In this document: piece by piece, positions 26,830-42,382 of the stretch
Position numbering within the stretch: the stretch's first letter is position 1
Layout of the letters: each line of letters starts with the position of its first letter
Assembly: GCA_009914755.4 (NCBI GenBank)
Contig: CP086569.2
Coordinates: 6,336,001 to 6,400,000, forward strand
Direction: 5' to 3'
DNA from: the human T2T-CHM13v2.0 reference genome, Homo sapiens
DNA length: 64,000 nt
The notes under the pieces: model-generated
Told to the model about the DNA's origin: nothing
The model's input: only the letters and a program-made list of their open reading frames with translations
Databases searched by the model: none
Program-made: the position numbers and the translations under genes

Positions 26830-29150
26830 TTGCTTGTGGATAACCAGTTTTTCCAATACCATTTGTTGAAGAGACTAGTCTTTTCCCCATTGTATAGTGT
26901 TGGCAACCATGTTGAAGATTATTTAACCATATATGTGTGGGCCTATTTATAGGCTGTCTATTGTATTCATTTATACATCCACTCTTATGTTAGTGTCATA
27001 CTATTTTGATCACCATAGTGTTGTAATGTGTTTTGAAGTCAGGAAGTGTGAGATCTCCAGTTTTGTTCTTATTTATCAAGATTTCCTTGCTAGTCAAGAT
27101 TCTGTGTGCTTTCATAAAAATTTTGGATTTTTTTTGTATTTCTGTAAAACATACCGTTGAGATTTTAATAGAGATTGCATTGAATCTGTAAATCACTTTG
27201 GGTAGTATGGGCATTTCAACAGTATTTTCACTTCATGTACGTGGGATATCTTTCCATTTATTTAGGTCTTCTTTATTTCAGCAATATTTGCTAATTTTTA
27301 GTATACCAGTCTTTTGCTGTATTCCTAAGAATTTTATTCTTTTTGATGCTATCGTAAATGGGATTGCTTTTTAAATATTCTTTTCAAATTGTTTGTTCTT
27401 AGCACGCAGAAATGCAATTCATTTTTATATTGACTATCCTGTAATTTTGTTGAATTCCTTTATTCTAACAGATTTTTTGTGTGAAATCTTTAGGGTTGTT
27501 TACATATAAGACCATGTGAGGCCAGGCGTCGTGGCTGACGCCTGTAATCCCAGCACTTTGGGAAGCAGAGGCGGGTGGATCACGAGGTCAGGAGATCGAG
27601 ATTATCCTGGCTAACACGGTGAAATCCCGTCTCTACTAAAAAATACAAAAATTAGCCAGGCGTGGTGGTGTGTGCCTGTAGTCCCAGCTACTCAGGAGGC
27701 TGAGGCAAGAGAATCACTTGAACCCAGGAGGCGGAAGTTGCAGTGAGCGAGATAGCACCACTGCACTGCAGCCTGGGTGACAGAGTGAGACTCCATCTCA
27801 AACAAACAAACAAACAAAAACCATGTGAGTTATGAACAGACGTAGTTTCCTTCCAATTTTGATGCCTTTTATTTATTCTTCCTGACTAATTGTTCTGGCT
27901 AAGACTTCCAGTACTACACCGAATAGCATTGGTAAGAGTGAAGATTCTTGTATTGTTTCTGATTTTGGAGAAAAAGCTTTCAATTCTTTACTGTTGTATA
28001 TGACATTAGCCATGATCATTTCATATATGGCCTTTATTATGATGAGGTAATTTTTCTATTTCTAAATTGTTGAGTGTGTTTGTCAAAAAAGGGTGCTGAA
28101 CTTTGTCATTCTATTTTACATGTGGTGTAATTATTATGTAAATTTTATCTTTCATTCTGTTAATTTGGGTTATTACATTGATTTATTTTCGAAAGTTGAA
28201 CCATCCTTGTATCTCAAAAATAAGCCCTACTTGGTCTTGCTGTATGGTCCCTTTAACATGCTGTTAAATTTTGTTTGCTATTATTTTTTTGAAGATTTTT
28301 GCATATATATTAATCAGGGGTCTTGGTTTCTAGTTTTTTTTTTTTTTCTCTCGGTGTCTTTCTGTGACTTTGCTATGAGCATAATACTAGTCTCAGAAAA
28401 TGAGTTTGGAAGTGTTCTTTTAAATTATTTTGGAAGAGTTTGAGAATAAATAACTTTATTTTTTATGCTTTGGTAGATTGCTGAAGTGAAGCCAGTTATC
28501 TAGTCCTTGGCTTTTCTTTGTTAGAAGATTTGCTTCTCTTGTAGCTTTTCTTTTTCTCTTTTGCTAGCTTCCTTTGTGTTTTATTGATATTTTTTAGTGA
28601 TATGATTTTATTATTATCTTTTTGATTCTGGGAGTTAGAGATTTTCTCCTGCTGGTTTCATGCTGAGCCAGGTGAGGGACTGTAGGGAGTGGTCAAGTGC
28701 TAATCTAAATTGTCACCTTCGTCCTCATAGGTCCCCAAATTGAAGCCTTTTCTTGTCAGTGCTTATATTCTGGCAAGACAGAAGGCAGTCTCCCAGGCAG
28801 TCTTACCACCCCAAAGAAAAGGCAGAATATTTGATATATGGTTCAGTCTTCTCTTTTCTCCCCAGGAAGAAGCTAAGACCTGGGAGATTTCTCTCTATTG
28901 TACCATCACAGTGTACCGGGGAGGGACTATGGTTGGTGAATGCCACAGATTTTTTTTTACCAGCTTCTGTGTGGCTGGTTTCAAAATCATCTAGGGTACA
29001 AAAGCCTCTTTCTTAACAGGTTTTTGGGTTTCTCACAAAGGTAATTGTTTCATATATTTTCTTTGAGTCAGTATCTCCATGAGTTAGAGGGTCTGGAGCT
29101 TCCTATTTTACCACCTTGCTGACATCACCTAGTCTTTCTGTACATTTTAT
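26830..29150 (-). mobile_element. L1 ORF2/5' portion, antisense, probably the same element as 25594-26390
   Basis: ccagtttttccaataccatttgttgaagagactagtcttttccccattg is the antisense L1 ORF2 hallmark. The minus ORF at 26996-27214 is [18 protein letters not shown]... . It is interrupted by an Alu at 27520-27820 and continues to ~29150. Confidence 0.8.
27520..27820 (+). mobile_element. Alu SINE (AluS/Y-like) with 9-bp target-site duplication
   Basis: ggccaggcgtcgtggctgacgcctgtaatcccagcactttgggaagcagaggcgggtggatcacgaggtcaggagatcgag..., with an (AACA)n/A-rich tail. The target-site duplication ccatgtgag is at 27512-27520 and again at 27821-27829. Confidence 0.95.
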
Positions 29151-32100
29151 TTTAATGGAGTTTATAGATTAAAATTGACTTCTAAAAAGTAATGTATACC
29201 ACATATGAAATAACTTACCACCTAAAATACCCTTTACAAAGAAAAATAGTAATTTAATTAGTTATCAGCAAAGCACTCCTGTTACTTAGTTGGAAATGAC
29301 TTTACATTTGGCTCTATCTTGCACTATTCATGTAGTCATCCAGTGGGTTCTCCTTGCCTGCTGCCTAGAAAAAAGTCGATTTATCAAGATGGGAATTGCA
29401 ATAAAGAGTTTAATTCGTGCAGAACTGGCTATACTGGAGACCAAAATTTTATTATTACTGATGTCAGTCTCCCGAAAAACTCAGGATGGGGTTTATAAGG
29501 ATAATTTGGTGGGTAGTGGGTTGGAAAGTAGGGAGTGCTGATTGGCCGGGTCAGAGGTGAGATTATAGGTAGTCCAAGCAATACTCTTGTGTTGAGTCAG
29601 TCCCTGGGTGGGGGGCACAAGACCAGATGAGCCAGTTTATTGATCTGGGTGGTTCCAGCTAATCCATGGAGTGCAAGGTCTTCAAAATATCTCAAATACT
29701 GATATTAGGGTTTACAATAGTGATATTATCCCCAGGAGCAATTTGGGAAGGTTCAGAATCATAATTTCTAATCTTGTAGCTAATTCGTTAGGCCTGCAAA
29801 GGCAGTCCAGTCTCAAGACAGGAAAGTGATTTGTTTTGAGAAAGGGCTGTTATCATTTTTGTTTCAAAGTTAAACTATAAATTAAGTTCCTCCCAAAGTT
29901 AGTTCAGCCTACACCCACTAATAAACACAGACAGTTTGGAGGGTAGAAGCAAATAAGATGGAGTTGATTAGGTAAGATGTCTTTTGCTGTAATGATTTTC
30001 TCAGTTATAATTTTTGCAAAGGTGGTTTCATTCAAAATTGCTCCTTGAATCTTGGATTAAATGTCATATCATGGGTATATTTGTTGCATTTTCAAAAGTG
30101 GATTGCTTCCTCTTTCTCTGTAATTGTGTTTCAGTTGTGATTGATTCACAATTTTAGTATATCTATGTAGAAAGCAGGTATATATGTGCATAAGCACAAA
30201 ACTTCCATCACATCCCTGGACTATGCATTATAAGTTGTTTTTTGAGTTGGCTAAATGAGAATATTTTTGCAAGAGATCAGTTTCTAGATTAAACCTATTT
30301 TATTAACAGTTAAAAAGGTGACCGTCATTTTGAAAATAATATAAACATTTTGTAGGTTAAATATTTGTTCACAGTATATGGTTGTTTTTAGTTTTAACTT
30401 AATAAGAAGACTTGGATACACTGATAGCTATAAAAATCCAGTCCTAAACTACTTGCCATAAAAATGCTATGAGCTTTAGAGTTCGGAGTTCTAGCATATT
30501 GAATAGTAAAACATTAAAGAAGATCACCTGTTCATTAAAATATGATATAATACTCTTCATCTTCTAAAGCAGAATGTGTTTTTGTTTGTGTGCTTACTTA
30601 CTAGAAAAAACAGATAAAAGAAGACTGTCACATTGCATGTAATGCCTTACTTTTAGGTTGAAAATAAGCAGAGATTTATACAATTCATTCTGTTTCCTTT
30701 TGTTGTATTTTTGAAACTTCAAGGACAATTATTATTTTTTCCTTTTCTAGCAAATAAATCCATTTCCACTGACAAATTGTAACTTTGGAGAAATGGAATA
30801 TTTTCTTCCATTTTTGAAATAAAACTTTAGTAATAATTTTGATATTCTACTTTACCTTTAATTCATAATTCATTAATTTTAAGAAAATTTGATTAAAATA
30901 ACTTTAAAATTTAATACAGGCTTGTTTTCTTGGATTTTATTTAATCAAGGCTTTTAGTTTACTGTTACTATTTTTCAGTAGTGTTTTCTTATTTTTATGA
31001 CTGTTAATGACTTATTTACGTCTTTCATTCTTTCAATGTTATTCCCTGTCGATGCCATAAATTTCTACCTATCTCTGGAAATAGCACATCCTGTCTATCC
31101 TTCAATCCCTAGACCAGATTTCTTTTTCCACTCAGCCTTCTGTATTGGTAGGATTTCAATTAGTCGCAACAAATAATATATCTGACAAATGCTGGTTTAA
31201 ACAAATACAAGAAATGCAGAGTGATTCAATCCAGGTAGGTTTATGGCTTATTGAAATAATCAAGGATGAAGATCTTTTCTACACTTCTACTCCGCCATCC
31301 TTACACGCATGCTTCATTATGATCGTTGCAAGATGGCTGCTTCATCTCCAGCTTATTTCTGCTTTCCAGGCAGGTGGGAGGCAGAAGGATAACGAAAAAT
31401 GAGCCAAAAAATTTAGTTTTTCAAGGCATTCCTGGGTCCATATTAATGATTTCTTCTTAGCTTTTATTAGTCAAGCTGGATGTTGTATATGATCTTACCT
31501 GCAAGTGAGTTTTGTAAGGTAAATGTTTAGCTTTCTATACTATATAGTAAAAGAAATGAAAAAGAGGAGGTTCTGAAAGTGTTTAGGTTAGCCAATTCAA
31601 ATCACCACATCTTATACGTTCTTCCTGCTTGTCACATAGAAGTGGCTTTCTCTCTTTTGATTCCTACATTTGTATTATGGCAACTGTTGTAATAAAATTG
31701 AGTGCCATTTACTGAGTTCTTACCAAATGATAACACAGTGCTTGGGTTATCTTTAATTCACTTAATCCTAACAGGAACCATATAAATATACAGGCTTATA
31801 ATTCCTGATGCACTAATGAGAACACTAAGGGCCAGAGTGATTTAAAAGTCATTTCCAAACACTCCTAACCAGTGAATAATAGAGCTAGAATAGTTGACCA
31901 TGTTCATCTAACTCTAAACTCCATGATTTTGATAACTATAATATATTACCTCCTACTCTAGCTGGATTTTTTTACATTGTATATCTGTGCCTATCTTGAC
32001 TACTATCTCTTAAAAGGTAAAACTTTGATTCATTTATTAATAGCACCATTCCAGAGTATAACCTAGTCCCAGGTAGACAATATGTATTTAGAAAATGTAA

Positions 32101-33510
32101 ATAGTATTTTTATCAGAAAGTGCCTTTTCCAGTTATTCTGCTTGTATATTAGTGCATAGAAAAATACCCCAAAACTCAAATGTATTTTAAAACAATATTC
32201 AGTTTGTTATAGCTCACATTTTTGTGGGTAAGAAGTGTCAAAAATAATGCTGGATACTAGTTAATGTGGTAAGAACAGATTTTAATCAGTAATAACTGTT
32301 TCAATAAGGGGTATATTATAATGTGAACTTAACTCAAAATTCATTTGTGCAGAGGTGACTGGGCACTATAAAGGGACAATGAGGGAATAAGGAGGGGAAC
32401 AATGGTTGAAAAAAGTCCAGAAAATGGATATTTACAGAAAATCATGACAAAGGGATTGGTTAATGTAAAACCCATTTTGGTTTGCTAACTGGCATTTATC
32501 ACAGTTAGGCGCTTACCCTTCCATAGAGAGTGGGAGACAGGGAACCTGTCTTTAGGTGTTGGTAGGGCCAAATAGCAAATTATTTGGCAACTCTGAGCTA
32601 TTAGAAGCTATGTTAGAAGCGTTTGTTCAGCTCTCTTAGTGTGTGGGCAAAATCACCGGTACTGAAAATGTGTGTTTTTTTATAGGCCAAGGTTGAGTAA
32701 GGCCTTGTTGAAGAGAGACCTTAGAGGATTCTGACTAGAGTTTGGTCTAGAAAAGTGTCTTTGTCAGGAATTAAAGCAAAAATAAGTTGGATAATTCTTC
32801 TGTTGAATATGATGTCTACTGAGTTCATTTAGTGGTATTCAACTGACAGATGGACTGGTATAGAATGTCCAGTATAGCTTCACCCACATGCCTAATATTT
32901 TGGCACAGATGGTTGAAAGGCAACACTCAGCTGCAACTGTTGACCATTGTGCCTATATGTGACAGGCACAGTATGGAGGTATTGGATAGCCGTATATTTT
33001 ACTTGATGGCTCAGGTCTCCCAGAGAGAATGATACCAGATACAGAAAATGAAACCTGACAGTATCTTAAGACTTGAACCTAGTTACTGGCCCAGAATCAC
33101 TTCCACCATGTATTATTGTCAGATCAGTTTTAGAACTCACCCACATTCAAGGAAAAAGGACATAGACCCCACCTCCTTGTGGGAACAGTATGGCCACTTT
33201 TAATTTGTTGCACTAGTATTGGAAACTTTCAAATATATTTCATGGGGTGAAAGCAGCAAAGTAGTATATTTTGTCTTGTTATTGTGTGTATCTTTTTTGA
33301 AAAGGCCTTTCTGTCTACTTCATTGAATTCTAAAAGTTCATACTTTATAAAAGATTCAATGGCTAAAATATATGTTACACACTCAGGATTAAATTATTTA
33401 AATGTTCTATTTGACCGTTGGTCATGTTTGAAATAAGATAAAATTATCAGTGATTTATAAATGACCTCATATTGCATATGAATGTATCAATAATGTATAA
33501 ACATCAAACT

Positions 33511-33575
33511 TTATAATTATTATAATATATTATAATTTATTATATTTATTTATAATTATAATTTATAATGTATTA
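33511..33575. repeat. AT-rich (TTATAA/TATAAT-like) simple repeat
   Basis: ttataattattataatatattataatttattatatttatttataattataatttataatg. Confidence 0.8.
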
Positions 33576-35052
33576 GGGTAAGATACATTATATTTAGAAG
33601 GAAATACATGTTTCTCTAAAAAAATTTTTCTTAGTTCCCACTGACTGCATAAATGAAATTGTGATGTTTGATTACAAACCCAAATACCACTTAGCAATCA
33701 AACTTAGTTTTCTATTCAGGGAGTGCAACATATTCAGCTTGTCCCCTTGAAAATCATAATTCTACCAGGTTTACAAAGTTAATAAAGAGTGAGCATCTTG
33801 ATTTGTTGGCAAATTAGTAGTGAGAGCCCATTTTATGAAAAAGTTACCTTTAATCAACATGAATAAATTAGAAATAACCTTAAATAGTTTCAACATCAAA
33901 TTTGCTCAAGTGGTAAAAAGAGTTACTGGATTTTTAAACATTAGAATATGTATTCTCATTACTTATATGGCAGCACTTAAGCAGTAATCTCCAAGATATT
34001 TTTAAAAGTTTCGTTACCATTTTTTAAGGAGGATTCACAGAAAGAAACAAACCAAGATTGAATAGAATGTTACTTAGTAAATATGTTGTCTAAGTAAAAA
34101 CTACATGCTATTATCCCTTAATGGAAGACACTGGGTTAAAACCTGAAAATAAATATTATCAATGCTGGGCCAGGTACAAGTGCATAGAAATTAATAAAAT
34201 CACAATTAAACTTTCCTGATCCTTTAAGTAACACTCATATTTAGCAAAAAAGATTATTATCAACAAAGAAGATTAAACAAATTTTATGCTTTTGTTGGAA
34301 CTAACTCTTCATAGATAAGACATTTTTGTGCTTATTATAAATTTACATTTGATTGTGTAATTGAATGTTCTTCAAAGAGTTACTTATGGTTTTTACTCAT
34401 TTCAACTTGCACCAGTGCCAATAAAAATTTTAGAAAAAAAGCCTCACTCAAGATCTATAAGCTTTAATTGATCATATACTTCAATGTTAGGCACATTTTT
34501 CATTGGTCTAGACAAAATCTGTCTCGTTTTTCATTCATTTATTTATTCATTTCATTTTAACATTGATATTCGTGTTTATTCTCCCTTGCATAGTAACCAC
34601 TCTAACGTGTTAATTTTGTAAATTTTTTGTATATGAACTTTCAAATGGATATCAATTTTGTGTCAACATATTTTTAATTTATGAACATTGGATTATATTA
34701 TAGATTTTTTCCTGTGTATTACTTTTGTTAGTTCACACTATGCCTTTAAATGCCATTCATCTTGCAATGTATACATCTAATTCATTGCTTATAACTGCAG
34801 CATAGTAGATGTGAAAGCTATTCAACTACCAATGTGGTCCACTTTTTCTGAAGTACCCAATTCGAGTGGGCAAAAAAGGATACCCTAGAGAGTAGAGTCA
34901 AGAGCTACAGGGAACAAAACACTGAGTATTCACTTATAGGCAGCTGAAACTAGGAATGTGTCTATCGTATACAGAGATGATATATAGAACCTCTGACAAT
35001 ATTATATAAGAAAAATAATAAGCTTAGATCCCTAGGGCTTGAGAAAAAATAT

Positions 35053-35545
35053 GTCCCCCACTTTTTTTTTTTTTTTTTTTTTTGCTTAGAGAAATGTTTT
35101 ATTTTGGTTGGTTGACAACTAATTGTTCAGTTGAATGGTAACTCTCACACTGCATCCTAAAATAAGATACTCTGTTGGCAAGTAGAAAATAGAATAATTT
35201 CATTTTTTATCTGTTAAGCTCTCTTGAAAAATGTTTCTGTTTCTTAAATTTAAAATTGGCCTGGTTTGCCTTTTCTTTTCAAGGTTAAAAGGTTTGTATC
35301 CTCCAGCAATGCCAGACTGTGTCAGACATCTCTGCAATTCATCAGCATCTATTTGCCCATCATGTCCAGCTACAGCAGCAAAGTAATCATATAGTGGATC
35401 CTGAGTTTTTCTGGGAAATGCAGGCCCTCCAGGAGTCCCTCCATACCCGCCTGGGTGGTACCCGCTGCCAGCGCCAGGATGCCCCAGGTACTACATGGTG
35501 CAGTCTGCGCCACTGCTGCCATTGCCCTGAGTGCCTGGCCCAAAA
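35053..35545 (-). pseudogene. Processed pseudogene (retrocopy) fragment of sorcin (SRI, penta-EF-hand protein), truncated and inactivated
   Basis: Minus-strand translation from 35496 gives [72 protein letters not shown]. Sorcin is [78 protein letters not shown]..., about 62 of 72 identical. There is a stop at codon 2. Homology ends exactly after KPFNLE (~35278). About 195 nt of unrelated sequence follow, then AATAAA (aataaaacatttctctaagc) and a ~31-nt poly-A tail (T-run at 35053-35083 on the + strand). The retrocopy 5' limit is estimated. Confidence 0.75.
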
Positions 35546-36599
35546 ATGTGCCTTTTTATTAGTAGCTATTTCCATTTGAAAATCAGCTCCTGACTTAATA
35601 TTTTCCAAAGGAACTTGAACACCTGTGAGATTTCCAAGTAACTATGCAATCCCAAACTACTATTAATGAACTAAGTGATATCTGATCCATAAAACTGGAT
35701 GTGTACAGCAGCTTTTCACCTTTAATTGAACTTGTATATACCAGACAAAGCCTCAGCAGGCCTGGAAGTCACAAGTAAATTGCTAAGCCATCAGTTCAGA
35801 CTTGCTTGATAATCTATTTCTATTTATTTCTTCCCTTTGCTTTAACCTACATGCTATGGCCAGTTATTGCAGAGAAAAAAAAAGGTAAGCCTGGTTTATA
35901 TTAGCGTCTTCAGTGTGTGCTAGTCCCAGCTAAAAATGGATGGCCACTTAGAAGATCAGTCATGGATACCCCAGAAAGCTGAGGTAAAGGGAAATTCCAT
36001 TGGTGGGTAGAATTTCAAGTGCTATACCAAGATGTTCAATATATGCAAAAAGAGAGATAACTTGAGTGTGGATATATGATGATTAAAAAATGGAGACTAA
36101 TGATTAAACTGGCTAAATAGGGACCTAGATAAAATAATGTTGGAAAATTGGTGAAGAGAATTTGGGAAAAGGTATGTGAATGAATCTCTCAAAATGGGCA
36201 CTGAGTATGAGGATGCTCACTTCCCACGTAAATTTGTGCTCCACTAGAAAACAGCCAAAGCTGTTATATTAAACATAATGACACATTATCTGGATATTGT
36301 TTGGCCTCTTTTTACTCTACAGTGATTACTTAATGGACTCATAGACAAAGTGGCCATGATGACAAGTATGAAGACTATGTATATTTTCTTCAGCAAGACT
36401 TTCCCTTCGCTAAGGCTGATCTTGTTTCTGTGGCTGCTAAGTGCTTTACCTTTCATTAATAGAGGCCAAATTTTGAGGTATCATTTTGGTACAGCATGTG
36501 GGGGGAACATGCTAGCTACCTTTTGGTGGATTGATCATATTGGGTTTTTTTTTTCATTATGGAAGTGAAAGCAATTTGTCTTCACAAGAATACACTCAT

Positions 36600-37390
36600 C
36601 ATCTGGATTTGGATTTGTTTTCCCTGGGCATTGCCACCATACTTACATGGAGAGAATGCTTTATATACCCATAAAACATCATCTATAAACAAGGGAATTA
36701 TTTTGCCCGGAAGGAAATAAGATGATGGGCACAGAAACACACAATTTGGTGGCTTTAAGCCCGCACTATTCCACTATCCAGAAACAATTTTTATGATAGG
36801 ATCTTGCAATATTGAGATGCTATCATACAGAATATGTTGTATTCCTCAAATTGTAGCCAAAATATGATGCCCGCTTCCCCATAAACTGAATGCATGGGTC
36901 TGGGATTTAAGGGATGGAAGTAGGTGCACTACTCTCATTTTTACACCTAATAACTCCCTACAAGAATGTTTCTTTCTCATTTTTGATGCTTTTGATCTTA
37001 TGTGTTTAAAGATCTCAGTGCTCAAGGGTAGCACACCCTCACTCAAGGGTAAGAAATAGCCATGGTTCTCATAAGATGGAAGCTGAGACTGCCTCTTGGT
37101 CATATTCATGATGCCAAACCTGCAGCAAGAAAAGAGGGTCATTGAACTGGCCGGAGTAATTAATTCTGGTTACCAAGGGGAAATCAGGTTGCTTCTAAGA
37201 AGTGGAAGCAAGGAAAATTATATCTGGAACCCAGAGACTTCAGGGGCACCTCTTAGTGCAATAGTCTTTGTTAACAGAAAACAGGCAATTAATAAAAGCA
37301 GGACCATCAAGGGTTCAAATATTATGAAAATAAAATTTATTATTACTCTACCAGGTTACAAAAATATATATATATATATCTAGCCAAGAT
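36600..37390 (+). mobile_element. ERV pol remnant carrying a retroviral dUTPase motif (ERVL/ERVK-type)
   Basis: The ORF at 37096-37383 contains IELAGVINSGYQGEIRLLLRSGSKENYIWNPETSGAPLSAIVF, which resembles the dUTPase motifs GVIDSDYRGEI...N.....(Y/F).I..GDRIAQL. The boundaries of the surrounding fragment are uncertain. Confidence 0.5.
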
Positions 37391-38490
37391 GCTGGGAGAA
37401 GGAAAATGGAAAGTGTAATAGGTCATAGAAAAATAAAACTAGTATTATCAGTTTAGACCTTGTGACCAGCTAAAGAAACGAAATGGTATCAGCTATATAT
37501 TATGTCAATTATCCCTCTCCCTCATCCCGTACAAAGAGCTACAGTGTTTTAGATATCAGATGGGAATGTGACTGAATTGAAATGTTTGCACCTCCTGTGG
37601 TTGGAATACATTTTTTTCATCCAGATAAAGGACAAGAGTAGAAACCAAGGGTCAAAAGGGATAGACTGCTAAATGTTTTCAGCTTGCTTCTCCCAGATAT
37701 ACTCTACTCCCCTCTCCTCTCTCTTTCCACCTTGCAATGCTTATCTTTGTAAACTACAGTGACCTGACTACCATTCCCTGTAGTTTTTAGCGGCCAATAG
37801 GAAGCACAGTCAGAAGAATTCAGAAAGATGAAAAGAAGAAATTGGATTATTTATTCCCTTAGCTCACTCCTTGCAAGCCATGGGTTGACAATGACTGCAT
37901 GCTTCTACTCAAGGCCATAGACCCTTTCAGGTAGCCCGCTCTTACAGCTACAGTTTCAGCTGCCCTAAGGTCCCTGTAACCACATCCTCTCTTTGTCTCT
38001 TCAGTCCTAAGTGTGGTAAAAACTTTCTGCTGTGGTCAGCCCTGGGGGATTTTATTATGCCTTACTGCTTCTCCTTAATTCTGCCCATACCTGTAAATAA
38101 ACCTTTTATCAAATTCATTTCAATAATCCCTTTTGAGTATGCCATTTGTCTCCTGACAAGACTGTGATTAACACGATCTAAGATAACACTTAAAATCACT
38201 GAGTTATTCAAGAAAATATAATTCAGCATTTGTTTGTTCTTAAGTACTTTATTTAGAACAAACATAATAAATTTCTTTGCTTAGGAGAACATCTATTGTT
38301 TCCGATATTCATGCAAATAAGGAACTCATTTTGTAGTTCATATGCAGAAACATATTTTGCACATTTTCTTCATGGAGATGCAGCATTTTGAGGTGCCTGT
38401 CTAATACTCAGTATGTGGCAACTTTCCACACTGAACAGGATGTTTGCCAAGAGGCAGAAAATCTACAAGTTTTGCTTTCAAAAGTGGCTA

Positions 38491-40932
<2,442 letters not shown>

Positions 40933-42356
40933 GTGGCTAGCATCTGATGATACCACAGCTCCTGGTTGAAGTGGACCAGGGTACTCACAAAATACCTCCT
41001 GAATACTTAAACTGTCCACTCTTCCTGTGTCACTGTATGACTAGCAACTTATTTTATTTCCTAATTGGCAGCTCCTCAGCCACAGAAACAAAATGGCAGA
41101 CAGGAGGGGGGTACCTGCCTAAGAGCACAGGAAAGACTATAGTTCCCAACTTTTTGATTCTTGATGCTACAGAGTGTCTGCCCAAATTTTTATGACTACT
41201 TCCCAGATTCCAATGCCTTTTAAGCATTTGTGTTTGGCACTATGATATTAATAACTTCAGAAAATTGGCACAATGATGCCAGTCTAACATTTGAGGCAGA
41301 TTTTAGTTAAGCTTGTTTTGATAATTATAATAATCCTGTCTCTCATTATGGCATTAAAAAGTTGTTTATTTTTTTGTTGTTGTTTTTATTTGTCTCTTGC
41401 ATGTAATTTAGGGACTAGGTCCCAAGGTGCTCTGAGCCTTAATTATTGTCTGAAATGTGGTTTGAAATGGAGACTCCCTAGCAACAGTATGAATCACTTA
41501 TTCCCAAACTACCAGTATGACAGAAGACTCCATATTACTGTTTAAAATAATGTTCCTGGTTTTTGCACAAGATTTATCCATTAAACACTGGGCCCCTAAG
41601 TGTATGCATAATTGAAATTTTATTGAATACTGATGTATATGCCACCATACACATCACTCAGTGGAATGCAGTTTAGGAGGTTAGTTTCTTCCCTTTTTGT
41701 TATAGTTCAAATACTAAGCAAAATATGTCTCTTATCTTACTGACACATCAGATGAGATATTTATAATAAAACAAAGTGCACCAGTGGGCTTGGAAAATTT
41801 TTTGCAACAGTGTGAATTGTATTGAATAAATGCAATCTCAAGTTTATCAACAAGTTGCATTCCCAATGTTCATTGGCTTGTTTGAAATTTAGAAAGCATT
41901 TGGTCACAGAATCAGTGTTGTACATGGTAAGTAAGTCCCCAAGACAACCAAAAACTCATATTTAATACAGAGAAAAGCTGTATTATGATCAATTTCAGTG
42001 AAAATATAGAAAAAAATAGAGTCAAACAGAGGCATCTGAAGATTTTTTTGTGGTTGACTTAGAGTCGAATAACATAATATAAAGTTTTCTATATAAAATT
42101 CATTTTATACCATACAGAAAGAATGAGCACTCCTGGGGTTATTTGATCTACAGTGTACCACTCATGAGTTACTGCCACTGAGGTAATCAGGAACTCAAGG
42201 CAGTCAAAAGGCAGTGAAAAGACTGAAGAATTAAAAGCTAATAGAAAACAAAGGAGGGATCTGAAGGAGATTGGGATTTAAGATTAAGATACAGAGATCA
42301 AAGATGTGCATATGTGAAGGAAGAAAATTAAGGGTGCTTCTGAACTTAAATATTAT

Positions 42357-42382
42357 TTGTTTTATTTTGTTTTGTTTTGTTA
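42357..42382. repeat. (TTTTG)n
   Basis: tttgttttattttgttttgttttgtt. Confidence 0.85.

Noticed and set aside
35319-35608. Two overlapping ORFs (86 aa on + and 73 aa on -) in a locally GC-richer patch; possible real exon
   Set aside because: The region is the sorcin retrocopy. The true reading frame (minus strand, a different frame from the 73-aa ORF) has a stop at codon 2 and loses homology after 72 codons. It is a pseudogene, not an exon.
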